Source of the DNA: Octopus bimaculoides
Taxonomy: Eukaryota
DNA: 64,000 nucleotides
Assembly: GCF_001194135.2 (NCBI RefSeq)
Contig: NC_069004.1
Location: 15,350,178 to 15,414,177, forward strand
Direction: 5' to 3'
Shown one piece after another: positions 62,465 through 64,000 of this stretch. Each line of letters starts with the position of its first letter. The first letter of the stretch is position 1. Position numbers and translations under genes: made by a program. The notes under the pieces were generated by a model. That model searched no databases. It worked only from the letters and a program-made list of their open reading frames with translations, and had not been told where the DNA came from.

Positions 62465-64000
62465 GTCCTTTGTCATATCTTTGATGGCATTCAACATCTT
62501 AAGATCGGTCTTCACCACTGTGTCCCATGCTTTTCTGGGTCTCCCTCTTCTATAGGTTCCATCCACATGTAGTAATTGTCAAGTGTTTATGCAGCTATCC
62601 TCATCCATACACATCACATGACCATACCAGCATAATTTTCATTCTTGCACAACACATCTAATGCCTTTGACATCTAATTTTTCTCTCAATACAGTTGCAC
62701 TTGGTTATATAATCACACTGACATTGCACATCCATCAGAGCATATTACTTCATTTCTTTATAGTCTTCGCCTGTCTTCTGCATTAAGGGCCCATGTCCAA
62801 ACAACCATGTAGTATTACTGTTTGTACAGAAGCATCATACAATCTGCATTTCACTCTGACAGAGAGGAATTTTGTTACCAGCAGAGGTAATAGCTCTGTG
62901 AACTGTCTCCAGGCAGTTCTTGTTGAAGCAATTATATTTTCAGAACATCCCCACTCACTAACAATAAGGCCACCAACAGAAACTATCTACTACCTCTAAG
63001 AATCCTTCTGGGCATTCGAGAAAATCTATTTCTGATGTAACCTTCCTGATTATTGCTCTTGCACATCTACCTCATACATCATCTACTTTCTCTGTTAACC
63101 TTCCTGATTCCACAGCACCTCTTGCATATCCTTAGTTTGCATTTGGTACATCATATGGAATTTTAACTTACATATTTTCTACATATCAAGCAGGACCATT
63201 TTCTTGAAAGGCGTAGAGAACTGTCCATTTTTCTGCTTAATTTAGTTGTTGCTCAGTTATCTTTAAGGCCCTTTCATTCCAAGTTTTGCTTCTATATCTG
63301 TAATTTCTACAGATACAGCTTTAAGAATGAAGTCATCAGCATGCAGCAATGACTCGTCTGAAATTCCCGCTATGGCCTGAAAGACAATGATGAATACGAG
63401 GAGACTGAGAACTGAGCCCTACACTTTGCTAACTCACCTTACTGACAGCACCCCTGTACATGGCTTGTACATGGCTATCATAAACCATTTGCCTACTTCT
63501 AGCTTCCTGATTAACTGCCAGATTACAGAGCAAGGGACCCTGACAAAGGCTTTCTTCAGGTCAACGAATGCCAAGTGCTGTGGTTTACTTTGAGCCAAAT
63601 ACTTCTCTATTAGGAAAAGAGCATTAGTAGTGCTTCTTCTTGGCATAAAATCAAATTGCATCTCATTTAGGCTAACTCTCTTCCCAGATAACCATGCTAT
63701 AAGTCTTTCTGTAACTTTCATGACCCAGTCCAACAATTTGATGCCACTGTAGTTTCTTTTCGCTAAGGCATCTCCTTTATCTTTGCAACAGCTGACCCGC
63801 ATGCTGCTACACCAGTCGTTGGCTATGATACCTACCTGTACAACCTAAATGACTATGCAGGTGACAAGGCAGTATCCAACTCTGTCAGATATTCTAAGCA
63901 TTCTCAATGGTAATTCCTGATGGACCAGGGGCTTTCCCTACTTTCATACTGTTTTTAACTTGGATAGCTGGTGCTTTTGTTGAAACTGTGTTGGGAAAAC
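62465..64000 (-). mobile_element. RTE LINE relic (RT domain through 3' end), runs off the window
   Basis: KGDAL..NYSGIKLLDWVMKVTERLI..QFDFMPRRSTTNALFLIEKYLAQSKPQHLAFVDLKKAFVRVP and downstream HADDFIL. Confidence 0.85.

Overview
AT-rich eukaryotic genomic DNA, most likely an octopod cephalopod. This is inferred from the SINE/MITE/RTE repertoire, microsatellite load and N gaps, and is not proven. One protein-coding gene is present, on the minus strand: the 5' part of the HECT E3 ubiquitin ligase TRIP12. Five coding exons can be read with consistent GT-AG sites: 26129-26247, 12526-13290, 7464-7703 (contains an N gap), 5637-5711 and 766-861. They encode a disordered K/R/S-rich N-terminus running into '[42 protein letters not shown]'. 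The ARM/WWE/HECT part lies beyond position 1. A CpG-retaining zone at about 45.4-51.6 kb, with NRF1-, ETS- and YY1-like motifs, probably holds the promoter and a non-coding first exon. The rest is transposon debris and repeats: RTE and CR1/L2-type LINE relics, mariner and maT (DD37D) relics, a full-length piggyBac relic with TIRs and TTAA sites, TTAA MITEs, a hAT MITE with an 8-bp TSD, a Helentron-type element, tRNA-derived SINEs, a 5S rRNA pseudogene and several tandem arrays. No prokaryote-style system and no CRISPR array was found. The most unusual signals are (i) a ~375-bp near-perfect hairpin in the 5' intron whose arm mismatches favour G-U pairs in the TRIP12 sense transcript, and (ii) an out-of-frame uORF overlapping the TRIP12 start codon.
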